A stretch of 64,000 nt of DNA. Source: a virus. The notes beneath the pieces were generated by a model. It did no database searches. It was not told where the DNA came from and was given only the letters and a program-made list of their open reading frames with translations. This document shows positions 8,950-19,362 of the stretch, piece after piece (position 1 is the first letter of the stretch; every line of letters begins with the position of its first letter). Location: the IMG/VR virus record IMGVR_UViG_3300027985_000891, positions 32,001 through 96,000 of that record, one strand, 5' to 3'. The position numbers and the translations under genes are program-made.

Positions 8950-11900
8950 TTATGCACATCCGCAACATGCATCGACAAACGCTTGTGTCAGTACAACAGT
9001 ATTAGATTGATCTGTTCTATTCAACGTTCCACAGTTTGCAGTATTGATCTGGAAGGTAGCTATTGCATACCAGTTACTACTTGTATCTACATCACAGTTA
9101 GATGCTGAAAGTATATGTCCTCCTTTTATAGAAAGAATAGCACCTACTTGACTTATAATCAAGTTTCCAGAGTTACCAAACGCAGGAACATTGACACCAT
9201 TTACATAGACATCTACATTCCATGTACCAGATACTCCACTTGTTCCTCCAGTTCCACAGCAGATATTAATAAACTCCTCAAACCTCAAGTCTATTTCATA
9301 ACCTGGAGCACACTCATCTCGACACTGGAATGCCGGTATGGTATAAGTGAATGTTCCAAGTCCATCACTACATGTGTTCGGTTGGCTTGAACTAGCTGGC
9401 GCATTAGAACTTGATGGCGCTCTACTTGAACTAGGTCTGACACTAGAACTTGCTCCTGCCGGTTGTGAACTAGCCGGTGCATTAGAAGAACTTGGTAATC
9501 TGCTTGAACTTGCAGCCGGTGAATTAGATGACGTACCTGCTGGAGATGAAGCTGCAGGCGGATTAGAGCTTGCAGGTGAACATCCACACATTGTAAAGTC
9601 AGCATCGGTTACTGTTCTTGTACGCTCGATGTGTCGATTAGAATAAGTACAGTTGTTAGCTACTAATGTAATATCAGCTATTAAAGTGTACGTTCCAGCA
9701 GGATCAGATCCACAACTTAGTGTCACGAAAGACGGCAAGTTGAAGTTAATATCCGATCCAATCGTTCCAATCGTATTACCACTGGCTACTATTGAGTTAT
9801 CAGGTCTTCTGACACTCCACGCAGCCATTGCACTTGTAACATCACAACATGTGTTGTAAGAAACAATTATATCAGCAAGATTTAATTTCACAGTAGCTCC
9901 AACACATCCTACTGTCATGGTACCACCACTAATTGTAGTTGTTGATGTACAAGGAGGTGGTGCACCTGAACTAGCAGCTTGGACAGAGCTAGAAGGATCT
10001 GCTGCCGGAGCATTACTAGAACTGGCCGGTACACTTGAACTAGCTCCTGAACTAGCTGGTATGTTAGACGAGCTAGGTGTAGGACTACTAGAACTTGGTG
10101 CATTACTAGAACTTGGAGCAATACATGACAAACCAGGATCTGGGTTAACAAATCCGGCATTAAACGTACATCCGTTTGAATCAGTTATCTCTACTTCTGG
10201 CGGATCAAGTGGATCTGCACCATCAATTCTTAGTCCTGATACTGAACCAGTACCACTTAGAATACTTAATGATGATCCAGTTGCTATGCTTCCACATCCA
10301 CCTACAACAATTGAATAAGTACCTGGTCCATCGCATTCGGTTTCAAATGACGGACTACATGGTGTAACCAATGTAATTGCCCAAGTATCTACACAAATAG
10401 ATCCTACATGAACTGTACCACCTGAATCTACCATGGTACCAGCAACTGCACCTGTTACATTAGTTAATGTAACTGTACCAGCTGGAGGTATGGTAAAGTT
10501 CCATTGTACACCTTCATAAGTAATATAATAGTCACCAGGATTTCCTTGGAAAGTAAGATCTACATATTCATTACATCCTAGAATATCATATCCAATCAAT
10601 GTTGGTAAACAACATAATTGTTTTTGATCATCATCCGTACAAGGTAAACATTCTGCAAATACATCATATGTTGCACCTACAATTGTATACCCTAAAGGAA
10701 GATAAGAAGTAAAGTTAGTAGGTGCTCCTACAAACTCATCCCATAATTCTTCACCATCCAGTGACCAGGTAAATTTAACTCGTTTTGCATTTGGATTATC
10801 TGCTACTAAACCTACAGATTGAGTAAACTCTGGAAGAACAGTACCAGCAGGAGAAACTAAGAAATTAACTACAGCATCCTGATAGGTACAATTGTCTTCC
10901 AATCCAAAGTCTCTTATTTCAAACTTCACTGGAATATATGCCGTACCAAGATCAATACTTTCTTGAAGTACTGCAGTAGCAATTTTAGTTTGACCAAAAG
11001 CTAACTGTATAAATACTTTACCAATATAAAGTGCTCCGTCTGTATCTGTGGCCTCAACTCTAATCGGTATAGTACTATTGGCTGCAGCAGCATCTAACTG
11101 GAAGTAAAATCCAGTTGGATTCTCTATTAATTGAGTACCATCAAGTTCATTATATACCTTGACCGTATCAATATTTGATAAACTAATCAGATCAGTAGTA
11201 CCATCTTTTACGTAAACATTTAAGTCTAATAGTATATCCGAAGGTTGACCAGTCAAACTAGCAGTGACATTTACAGTCATTGTGTTTGGTGTAACTGCAA
11301 AATTCTTCATTACAGTCACAGAACCGGTTCCTTCTACAGAACTAGCACCGGTAACAGTTACTTGATTGACAGGTCCTACATCATCTCGTCCAGCCCATAC
11401 ACTTCCAGATGTTACTCCAATATCTTCATAACCCATTAAATGAGCAGTGAATGGAATAGTAACAGTTGTATCATCCATGGTGATTCCGGACACATTGATA
11501 TCGACATGCCACAATCCTTGGTTACATGGACAGATCGAAGGATCAACTTCAGCTTTTAACCTGCAAGCATTGTCTTCGCTATACTCTGTAATAAAGACAC
11601 TCAGATTGCAACCTCCAGCCTGGAAAGTAACATCTTCATCGTTACAAGCCACATCATTGGCTGTTACTTTAATCTGATTATTTTCAACATATCCAGACAG
11701 TGTCCATCGACCTGGGCCATTTTGAGAAAGTGTAAGTGGTCCTCCAGAGGTATGACCTAATGAATCTACAGTATCACCTGTAGTAAGATTCTCTGCAGAA
11801 AGTACATAATCAGTACCACCTACTACAATAATATCTGAAAAAGTAGCAGTAATTTGATTTACTTGAACTCTAAAGCTATCACAGCAGTTCGAAGTAAGTG

Positions 11901-14766
11901 ACGGTAAAACAATATTTACTGGATCACATCCTCCTCTCTGGGCCCTGATTACTAATGCATCCGTATTAGATAGAGTATTAAGTGTAGCGCATACATCTAC
12001 TAGCTGAGTTAAAGTACCGTTAGAATTAACAATACTATATTCAACTCCATCTGCCGGTTGACATATAATATCTCCACCACAGTATCGTTCGATCAATCCT
12101 ACATTAGCACTACAGCAATCTTCCTGTACAGTAACTTCTATTGGAGGACATCCACATTTCCAGTATACCGTTGCAGTATATGTTCCAATAGGTAATTTGA
12201 TAGACAGATTAGTAGATAAAGTAAACCCGTTTATTTCAATATAGTCTACTAGACATCCACCAGTCTTATCCTTGTTAGGGAATGTTACAGTAAATTCGCT
12301 AAGATCCTCATTACATACGGTAGTTGGATCGTCAATTTCTAACTCTCCATCTCCATCCAGCTCATAAGTTTTGACACATTGTTCTTCAGTATCACAACTT
12401 AAACCGTATTTGATTTCTTGAAAAGGAGTAGTAGAACAGAACTTCTGACCAATAGGAGCCGCATCACCAATCCAGGTAATTTTCTGATCACCAAATTCAA
12501 CAAAGAACTCTAGATCTTCATTAGGTGTACAGGTATCAAAACTATCAATAGTGATACAACTGTTGCAGCTATTTGGATCTACTGTGTAATCAAGTTCCTC
12601 CGGATTACAGAATACGATGTATCGATTAGCATCTGTATCGCAAGAGCAATCCACTTTAAGTGAATATTCATGACAAGATTCTAACCATTCATAAGGTGGT
12701 CGAGTAATTACATCTGTATAGATCGGACCACCAGGTATGTAAGATTTTCTTACTGCTGTACCGTCTTTGAACCATCGGAAGAATGGATCTCTACATACAG
12801 AAGAAGTAATTGTTGTACCGATAGGATTAGAGAATCCTGAACCGGTAACAAAATTCAACCACTGATTATTTTGATTGATGTTGTAGTCTCCAATAGTAAC
12901 TCCTCCCTGATATACACACTTGTTCGGGAAGTTCATATTGGAGCTCTGGAAGAAACGTACTCTTACGGAAGTTGCTTCTCGTTGAGTAGTAGCATCTACT
13001 TGCTGGCGTACACCAATCTTAGGTAACTGAGTAGCCGGGAATAATAATGTGGCTGTTGTACCAGAAGATGGGAAAGAAGCAGTCTTCGTTTCTCCCTGGG
13101 TCGTAGATGATCCTTGGAACTCATAACGACCGGTCACTGGATTCAAGACATAGATGCTATATACTATGCTTGCCATCATGGTGATTACACCAGACGTTGG
13201 AGGTTCATTATCTGCAATGTTGTCATTGGCAAAATCATCCAGTAAAGGATTCGTATCCGGACTAAATCCATTATAAGATCCTTTTCTAGCTTCAGCCTTA
13301 AAGATCAGACTGTAGAAGTTAGCATCTTCGCCGGCACGTTGTCCTTTAATATCCAAAGTAAGTGGTGAACAGGAGCAGCAATTCTCCATAACCAGTTCAC
13401 CGGTGATAGAACAGTTATCATCATCTTTGATGATATTCAGACTATCACTACAAGTCTTATCTCCTCCTTCACAATTTCCATTTACACAAACACATCCTTC
13501 ATGTGAAGTACAATTGGATATTGGACTGCATGTAAAGTTTCCACAAGAAACACACTGTCCATTTACACAAGTACATCCTACTGCACAATCGAAAGAAGTA
13601 TCACAATCTCCTACACATCGATCAGGTACACACTTATTATTGAAACATTCACATCCAAGTGCTTTGGTACATTCTGTCGTTAGACAAGAGAGAAGATCGC
13701 ATGGAGTACAAGTTCCATTGTAACATCCACAACCTTCTGGACAATCGACTCCAGTAGTACATGGAATATCTTTACAAGGATTATTAATACATTTTTGAAG
13801 TGATGGTGAACAATAGCATGGATCTTCACATCCAGAGGCACATGTACCTTTACATGGGAAACATGCACAATCTTGAGCTGTTACTGCATCACAATAATCT
13901 GTGACTTTACTACAGTCTCCTTCATCACAATCACATCGCTCAAGACATTTACATTCACCATCTACATTGACAGCTATCTTACCGGCACATTGTTGACGTA
14001 CACATACTCCCAGTTCACATCGAAGACAAGGATCAATAATAGTACAGTCAGCATCTGATGTACAATCTGGTTCTTCGATACATATCCCACCTACACGGAC
14101 AAATCCTGGGCAACATACACAGCTACCACCTTCACAGCATTCATTAGATCCATCACAATCACTGGCTGAACAACATTCTACACAAGCCCCAGGAGAGCCG
14201 AATTGTCCTTCTGAATCGCAACATCCAGGACATGGCTTAGGAATACATGTTCCTTGTTCACATATAGAACAAACATCACAGTCTGAATCATTGGAACAAT
14301 TATCACAACATCCTGTCAAAGGATTTAATACTGTACCGGGAGGACAAACACATCGACCTCCTATACAGACTTGATTACATGGACATGGATTGTCTTCATC
14401 ACAATCACAACAAATGAATGTGCCTTCACTTATCTCACAACACTGTTGACCAGTCTCACAAGTAGATACACATACATTACATTCACAAATTTCACATGGT
14501 CCACAATCAGTCTTACTATCGCAAAGACATACTTCTTTGACTATAGGAGCACAATTGTCACAATCAGCACAACGTATAATGAACGTAAGGCAGACATCTT
14601 TCAAGTCTCCCTCTAACACTTCTACAGTATATATTCCTTTGGCTTCATCTTTACAAGGCAATGCTGCCCCGGTTTTGCCGGCATACTCTACTATAGGACA
14701 AGGACAAAGTATACCGTTGTTGTATACTTTCCCTATGACAATATCGAATGTTCTCGTACTAGCCAT
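8950..14766 (-). CDS. giant Cys-rich putative virion fibre/decoration protein with Ser-rich tracts
   Basis: 1938 aa; about aa 70-440 are tandem CxxxxxC..C.C..GxC EGF/EB-like repeats; beta-rich middle; two PSSS/ASSS tracts near the C-terminus. Confidence 0.7.
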   Translation of the reverse strand: MASTRTFDIVIGKVYNNGILCPCPIVEYAGKTGAALPCKDEAKGIYTVEVLEGDLKDVCLTFIIRCADCDNCAPIVKEVCLCDSKTDCGPCEICECNVCVSTCETGQQCCEISEGTFICCDCDEDNPCPCNQVCIGGRCVCPPGTVLNPLTGCCDNCSNDSDCDVCSICEQGTCIPKPCPGCCDSEGQFGSPGACVECCSASDCDGSNECCEGGSCVCCPGFVRVGGICIEEPDCTSDADCTIIDPCLRCELGVCVRQQCAGKIAVNVDGECKCLERCDCDEGDCSKVTDYCDAVTAQDCACFPCKGTCASGCEDPCYCSPSLQKCINNPCKDIPCTTGVDCPEGCGCYNGTCTPCDLLSCLTTECTKALGCECFNNKCVPDRCVGDCDTSFDCAVGCTCVNGQCVSCGNFTCSPISNCTSHEGCVCVNGNCEGGDKTCSDSLNIIKDDDNCSITGELVMENCCSCSPLTLDIKGQRAGEDANFYSLIFKAEARKGSYNGFSPDTNPLLDDFANDNIADNEPPTSGVITMMASIVYSIYVLNPVTGRYEFQGSSTTQGETKTASFPSSGTTATLLFPATQLPKIGVRQQVDATTQREATSVRVRFFQSSNMNFPNKCVYQGGVTIGDYNINQNNQWLNFVTGSGFSNPIGTTITSSVCRDPFFRWFKDGTAVRKSYIPGGPIYTDVITRPPYEWLESCHEYSLKVDCSCDTDANRYIVFCNPEELDYTVDPNSCNSCITIDSFDTCTPNEDLEFFVEFGDQKITWIGDAAPIGQKFCSTTPFQEIKYGLSCDTEEQCVKTYELDGDGELEIDDPTTVCNEDLSEFTVTFPNKDKTGGCLVDYIEINGFTLSTNLSIKLPIGTYTATVYWKCGCPPIEVTVQEDCCSANVGLIERYCGGDIICQPADGVEYSIVNSNGTLTQLVDVCATLNTLSNTDALVIRAQRGGCDPVNIVLPSLTSNCCDSFRVQVNQITATFSDIIVVGGTDYVLSAENLTTGDTVDSLGHTSGGPLTLSQNGPGRWTLSGYVENNQIKVTANDVACNDEDVTFQAGGCNLSVFITEYSEDNACRLKAEVDPSICPCNQGLWHVDINVSGITMDDTTVTIPFTAHLMGYEDIGVTSGSVWAGRDDVGPVNQVTVTGASSVEGTGSVTVMKNFAVTPNTMTVNVTASLTGQPSDILLDLNVYVKDGTTDLISLSNIDTVKVYNELDGTQLIENPTGFYFQLDAAAANSTIPIRVEATDTDGALYIGKVFIQLAFGQTKIATAVLQESIDLGTAYIPVKFEIRDFGLEDNCTYQDAVVNFLVSPAGTVLPEFTQSVGLVADNPNAKRVKFTWSLDGEELWDEFVGAPTNFTSYLPLGYTIVGATYDVFAECLPCTDDDQKQLCCLPTLIGYDILGCNEYVDLTFQGNPGDYYITYEGVQWNFTIPPAGTVTLTNVTGAVAGTMVDSGGTVHVGSICVDTWAITLVTPCSPSFETECDGPGTYSIVVGGCGSIATGSSLSILSGTGSVSGLRIDGADPLDPPEVEITDSNGCTFNAGFVNPDPGLSCIAPSSSNAPSSSSPTPSSSNIPASSGASSSVPASSSNAPAADPSSSVQAASSGAPPPCTSTTTISGGTMTVGCVGATVKLNLADIIVSYNTCCDVTSAMAAWSVRRPDNSIVASGNTIGTIGSDINFNLPSFVTLSCGSDPAGTYTLIADITLVANNCTYSNRHIERTRTVTDADFTMCGCSPASSNPPAASSPAGTSSNSPAASSSRLPSSSNAPASSQPAGASSSVRPSSSRAPSSSNAPASSSQPNTCSDGLGTFTYTIPAFQCRDECAPGYEIDLRFEEFINICCGTGGTSGVSGTWNVDVYVNGVNVPAFGNSGNLIISQVGAILSIKGGHILSASNCDVDTSSNWYAIATFQINTANCGTLNRTDQSNTVVLTQAFVDACCGCA
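9383..10120 (-). repeat. two degenerate coding repeat tracts encoding (P/A)xSSS
   Basis: About 9383-9575 and 9960-10120; recurring GAACTAG/GAACTTG on the + strand encode SS dipeptides at a 6-8 codon period. Confidence 0.8.
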
Positions 14767-15712
14767 CGTAGTCTTTGTTCAATTTTTTAATAAAAGCTTC
14801 AGGATCCTTCAGATACTCACTGTCCGAAAGATCGACGCCATATTTTTCAAGAGCCTGGATATTAGGTATATCCTCTGCTTTCAGTGTAAACAATGGATAC
14901 TCAGAAGTCTGCGTTTGTAACAAAACAATTGGTTCCTGCGGATCACAATCATCTATGGATAAGCAGCATCCATTTTCATAAACACAACTGATTATATCCA
15001 TACTCAAATTACATTCCATAAGCCTGGCACAGAAATCAGCTGTTAGTTCACACTTGTGTTTTTGGATATGTAGATCCAATCCTATATCACATTTATGACT
15101 CTTAACCATTATGTCAAAATCAAGATCGCATCTTTCTTTTGCTGTAGCACAAACTTCTACCTGAGTATTACACTTTTCTTCACAAACATGTGCTGCTACT
15201 ACAATATCACAAGGTATTAGCTTGGCACATATGTCTGCAGTAATATCACAGGCAATTGTTGTTTCAATACTTTTTACTTCCAGCTCGAGATCACAAAGAA
15301 TATCATATACTAGATACTCCCAACGTTCTCGAGCTACACAGTAAGGATTTCTGGCAATCCAGGCATCCACATTAGTCTTGTCAACAATTAGATCTGGCCT
15401 ATTTAAATCATCGCAAGATGCTGTCAATTTTTTAACTCGTTCGTATAAAAGCTGTAATTCATCACAACTTAGACAGGGTCTTCCTCCCATCATTCGACAT
15501 TGAAACTCTTGTTCCAAATGATATCGATATCGTTGCAATCTTTCAATTTTCGTTTCTGCTTCTACATCACATGTCCAGTCATGATAAAGCAGATCTTTCA
15601 AAGCTTTTCCGAGCTTAAACTCAGTCACTTTTGACTCGAGTATTAGTTTGTCAATATCCACTGCACTACATGCACAGGGATCAAAACATTCATATCTAAC
15701 GCAACAGTCCAT
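14759..15712 (-). CDS. Cys-rich hypothetical virion-module protein
   Basis: 317 aa with repeated C-(D/E)-x-x-x-(D/E)-I/V units; coupled to its neighbours. Confidence 0.6.
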   Translation of the reverse strand: MDCCVRYECFDPCACSAVDIDKLILESKVTEFKLGKALKDLLYHDWTCDVEAETKIERLQRYRYHLEQEFQCRMMGGRPCLSCDELQLLYERVKKLTASCDDLNRPDLIVDKTNVDAWIARNPYCVARERWEYLVYDILCDLELEVKSIETTIACDITADICAKLIPCDIVVAAHVCEEKCNTQVEVCATAKERCDLDFDIMVKSHKCDIGLDLHIQKHKCELTADFCARLMECNLSMDIISCVYENGCCLSIDDCDPQEPIVLLQTQTSEYPLFTLKAEDIPNIQALEKYGVDLSDSEYLKDPEAFIKKLNKDYDG

Positions 15713-17424
15713 TATTGACTACTACTTGGTGCTGCTCCACTAGAACTAGGTGCCGGTGTACTAGAGCTAGGCGCTGGTACACTAGAACTAGGTGCCGGTG
15801 CAGAAGAACTGGCCGGTACATTAGAAGAACTAGGTGCCGGTACACTAGAGCTTGCAGGTGCGTTAGATGAACTAGCAGCAACTGAGGAACTAGCAGCTAC
15901 TGTTCCAGATACTGTTGCTGTACCCATTACCTGTACTGTTCCACAAGTAGTACAGATTATATCATAGTCAAATGACCATGCCGCTATGGAAGAAGGTGTA
16001 TACTTCACCTCACCGGTAAGTGGATTGAATGTATCCACTGTGACGTTAACAAGTGATCCACCATCCAGTGCATAACTGGTTGTTCCCTGAGAGCATGGTG
16101 TATCATTGGCACCAATCATAATAGTATTCTGTTCCAATGATACGGAGCCTACTGTATCATCATTTGCTGTAGCAGTAACCGGACCTCCGGAAACTGTGCC
16201 AGTGTCAGTTGGAACACCATCACAGAAGATAGTATATCCAAACGACCAAGCAAGTGACAAATCAGTTACTATCACGTCGTATGCACCAGAAGCATTTACT
16301 GTAGCTGTACAGTTTACTTCAGATGCGGCAGTCAAACCTGCAGTAGTAACTCCTGATGTACACGGTGTATCATTGCTTAATACGTTACCAGTGCATAGAT
16401 TACCGCTTGGATTAGCATATGCTGTTGGTATATTAATTGATACAGTTACTACAGGACTGTTCCAGAATAATCCTGTATCTGGATCAGTACATGTTATATA
16501 GTAATCAAACTGAGCTACACCTACAAACCCCATGGTGGGAAGAACAGTAAATGCTCCCGTGTCCTGGTTCCATTGAGTAACCGTTACTTCTGTTTGATTA
16601 GTTGGCTCTGATAATCCAGAGCTATTTGCATTTATATTCGAAGAAAGTATATACTTGGTAGTTCCACCATTAATACATGGAAAATCGTTTCCGGCTACAT
16701 TGGCAATAAGTTGAGTATTAATACCAGTGGCAAATGAGTCATCAACAGGTTGAGCACATGTTACATTGAACTGTACTGTTGCCCTATCTCGAAGAATTCC
16801 ACCACAATACATGGCATATATTGCTCGATCTACTCCGCAGAAACCCGGATCAGGTGTATATGTTCCAGAGTCTGGAGTTCCAGTAAGTGTACCAAACTTA
16901 GGCATTTCTACCCATTGATAAGTAGCAGCTGTACCGGCAGGGCATGCACCATCATTAGCATTTACCGTAGTAGGATATCCCACTCCTTTAGGTACTACAT
17001 AGATATCATCCAGTGCCAAATTCTCATCACACTTGGTATTGATTGCACAACAACTAAGACCGGAAATGAGAACACAGACAGCATTGTCTGATGTATCTGG
17101 ATCCGGACAAGAGTTTGTAGTACCAACTGTATATAAAAACTTGTACTTGCCAAGACAATCATTGGTTACATAAAATAGAACTTCACCAGTAAGGCTCTCC
17201 CCTGGGGCTAAACTTCCGACACTCCATATATTGGTGACCGGGTCATAAGTACCTCTAGGAAGATTATGTCTTGAGTATATCACACCAGAAGGTACGCTGA
17301 CATCAACGATTACATCTGTTGCAGTATATTGATCCGACTTGTTACGAATATTCTCGAGTGGAACGGAAATCTCCATTCCCTGACATATCAACGGTAACTC
17401 TATCGGTACAAATTTAGTAGCCAT
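15712..17424 (-). CDS. DUF11-like plus tandem Ig/cadherin-like (Big_9-type) virion protein with PSSS tail
   Basis: N-terminal VDVSVPSGV...WSVGSLAPGES; ANDG, YTPDPGFCGVDRAIY, VAGND and VLSND repeats; C-terminal PAPSSS repeats. Confidence 0.65.
   Translation of the reverse strand: MATKFVPIELPLICQGMEISVPLENIRNKSDQYTATDVIVDVSVPSGVIYSRHNLPRGTYDPVTNIWSVGSLAPGESLTGEVLFYVTNDCLGKYKFLYTVGTTNSCPDPDTSDNAVCVLISGLSCCAINTKCDENLALDDIYVVPKGVGYPTTVNANDGACPAGTAATYQWVEMPKFGTLTGTPDSGTYTPDPGFCGVDRAIYAMYCGGILRDRATVQFNVTCAQPVDDSFATGINTQLIANVAGNDFPCINGGTTKYILSSNINANSSGLSEPTNQTEVTVTQWNQDTGAFTVLPTMGFVGVAQFDYYITCTDPDTGLFWNSPVVTVSINIPTAYANPSGNLCTGNVLSNDTPCTSGVTTAGLTAASEVNCTATVNASGAYDVIVTDLSLAWSFGYTIFCDGVPTDTGTVSGGPVTATANDDTVGSVSLEQNTIMIGANDTPCSQGTTSYALDGGSLVNVTVDTFNPLTGEVKYTPSSIAAWSFDYDIICTTCGTVQVMGTATVSGTVAASSSVAASSSNAPASSSVPAPSSSNVPASSSAPAPSSSVPAPSSSTPAPSSSGAAPSSSQ
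15715..15900 (-). repeat. coding tandem repeat, ~21-nt period, encoding PAPSSS(x)
   Basis: AGAACTAGGTGCCGGT-like units repeated; protein ends ASSSVPAPSSSNVPASSSAPAPSSSVPAPSSSTPAPSSSGAAPSSSQ. Confidence 0.85.
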
Positions 17425-17553
17425 TTCTTTATTATTTATAAGACTAAATCAACTGAAGCTCTTTCAGTTGTCTTTCAATATCTTCTGATACTCCTTTGAT
17501 CTTCTTTTCTTTTAGCTTCTTAGCTATCTCTTTTAATCGTTCAATGCTTTCCA

Positions 17554-19362
17554 TTATCGATAGTTTGCATTACGAATAATTGTATCTCCCAAATAAGTAA
17601 TATCACCATCTCCAGCTGCAGCATTGGTAACCCCATTCTGCAAAAGCACATTGACAGCTACTGTAGATGCTACTTCAGCGCCAGTAGTATCATTGATGAT
17701 CTTGACATCTTGTAACATAATATGGTTACTTAATGTCGTTTGTGTAGTATTTACCAGAGCAGATGCACCGGTAAGTTTATAATTTCCTTTGACGATAAAT
17801 ACTCCGGGTTCAGCTGGTATGGCAGCTACTACATTAAAGGGAGCACCATTGGTACCATTAGCTAGTGTCTTCTCATAATAATCGCAGTCGAAGATCCATT
17901 GATTGCCAGCCATAGTAGCTGCTGAAATACTCGCATCAATCTTTAAGATATTACTTAGTGAAGAGTTGGTTTTACCATTTTTGATCTTCAACTTGAATGA
18001 TGTGTTATTCCAGTGATTATAAGAAGAGGCTTGCAACCTCATAATATCTGTACCATGTAGTATATTATCAAACTCAAAGTTTAACTGACCATTTGTTATG
18101 CGCATATAGTTGAGTGAATCTAATATGGTTTCAGAGTTACCGCCGCCGGCAAAATCTTTATAGTTCTTGATTCGAACATTAACCTGAATACCGGTTAGAA
18201 CTTGAGTACTTAGTATATTAGTACCAAATGGACCAAACAATGCATTGGGTTCTATTGTAGAACTGAGATAGAAGTTATCTATATCAATATCAATTTGTCC
18301 ACTCTGAGTAGCATGTGCTACACCACTGTTCCACGCAGTATTAAAACCGGCATACCCATAATAAGTATTGTCTCCACTGACTTCTCGTATCTTAATCTTT
18401 TTGATACTATTATCAGCAAGGATGAATCCGAACCCTTGTAAATATGTGCCTCTCTGCCAATCAAGATCGATGTTAAGATTACCATCCGAGTAGAATAACC
18501 ATCCTCCTTCAAGCTGTTCATTACCCTTCATTTTGATATTATAGGTCGAGCCTGAATTTCTTTGCCAAAATAGAGGAAGCCATCCTGATTGTTCGTGTCG
18601 GTATACTAGGTGTCCAGTGACAGTAATGTTCTTAGTAGATAGATTCTCGTCACTTATAAGACCAAAGCCCCAGGCAGCGGGAGCTGTCGCAGTTGCGTGT
18701 AATATGGCACCATCCATAAAATGGATATGAAGCTCATCAATTCCTTGTATCAAGTTGATATCTGCTTCAGTAGTACCAGCATCATTTAACTCAGTATCTG
18801 CTCCAGAGCCCACATTACCAATAGTGTAAACACCAGGCATTACAATCATTTTATCACCTGATTGTAATATAGACTTGGCACCCCACATATCTGAAAATGG
18901 ACGAAGCGGGTTTCCCCGCTCTGCTGTAGCATTATCTCCATACTTAGCTACGTATACAATATCTCCTGAAAAAGGAGGAAGGTAACATTCAAACAACTGA
19001 CAACATGATACTCCGTTAACTGTTACACAGTACTCTTCATCAAAGCACTCGTCTCCACAAGTCGTATCTGTTTCCAGTGTAAATACAATCTGATAAGGTT
19101 GATCGCAGTCTTCAGTTACTGTAAATGTAAAACCTGTCTCAAGATATTGACCAGGATGAAGACCGCCAATGGTCCAAACAAATGTACTTGGGTTCCATTC
19201 TCCTTTAGGAACAGTAGGTTCAGTTAAGGATAATCCACTTGGCAGAGTCACTGTCAGCGTTGCATTGGTCAACATATAAGCACAAGCATTCCTTACATTA
19301 GTAGGAGTGATTGTGAACGATGTTCCCAGTGCAAAATATCCTATATTCTTTTCTACTTTCAA
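17554..19362 (-). CDS. DUF11-like N-domain plus beta-helix tail spike / receptor-binding protein
   Basis: VTLPSGL...WTIGGLHPG N-domain, GVSCC, then VYVAKYGDN...RPF...GDKMIVMPGVY beta-helix entry motif. Confidence 0.65.
   Translation of the reverse strand: MKVEKNIGYFALGTSFTITPTNVRNACAYMLTNATLTVTLPSGLSLTEPTVPKGEWNPSTFVWTIGGLHPGQYLETGFTFTVTEDCDQPYQIVFTLETDTTCGDECFDEEYCVTVNGVSCCQLFECYLPPFSGDIVYVAKYGDNATAERGNPLRPFSDMWGAKSILQSGDKMIVMPGVYTIGNVGSGADTELNDAGTTEADINLIQGIDELHIHFMDGAILHATATAPAAWGFGLISDENLSTKNITVTGHLVYRHEQSGWLPLFWQRNSGSTYNIKMKGNEQLEGGWLFYSDGNLNIDLDWQRGTYLQGFGFILADNSIKKIKIREVSGDNTYYGYAGFNTAWNSGVAHATQSGQIDIDIDNFYLSSTIEPNALFGPFGTNILSTQVLTGIQVNVRIKNYKDFAGGGNSETILDSLNYMRITNGQLNFEFDNILHGTDIMRLQASSYNHWNNTSFKLKIKNGKTNSSLSNILKIDASISAATMAGNQWIFDCDYYEKTLANGTNGAPFNVVAAIPAEPGVFIVKGNYKLTGASALVNTTQTTLSNHIMLQDVKIINDTTGAEVASTVAVNVLLQNGVTNAAAGDGDITYLGDTIIRNANYR

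Noticed and set aside
9115-10367. Plus-strand LELAG-repeat ORFs (also 28521-28976 and 34749-35205)
   Set aside because: Antisense shadows of the Ser-rich and Glu-rich tracts of real minus-strand genes.
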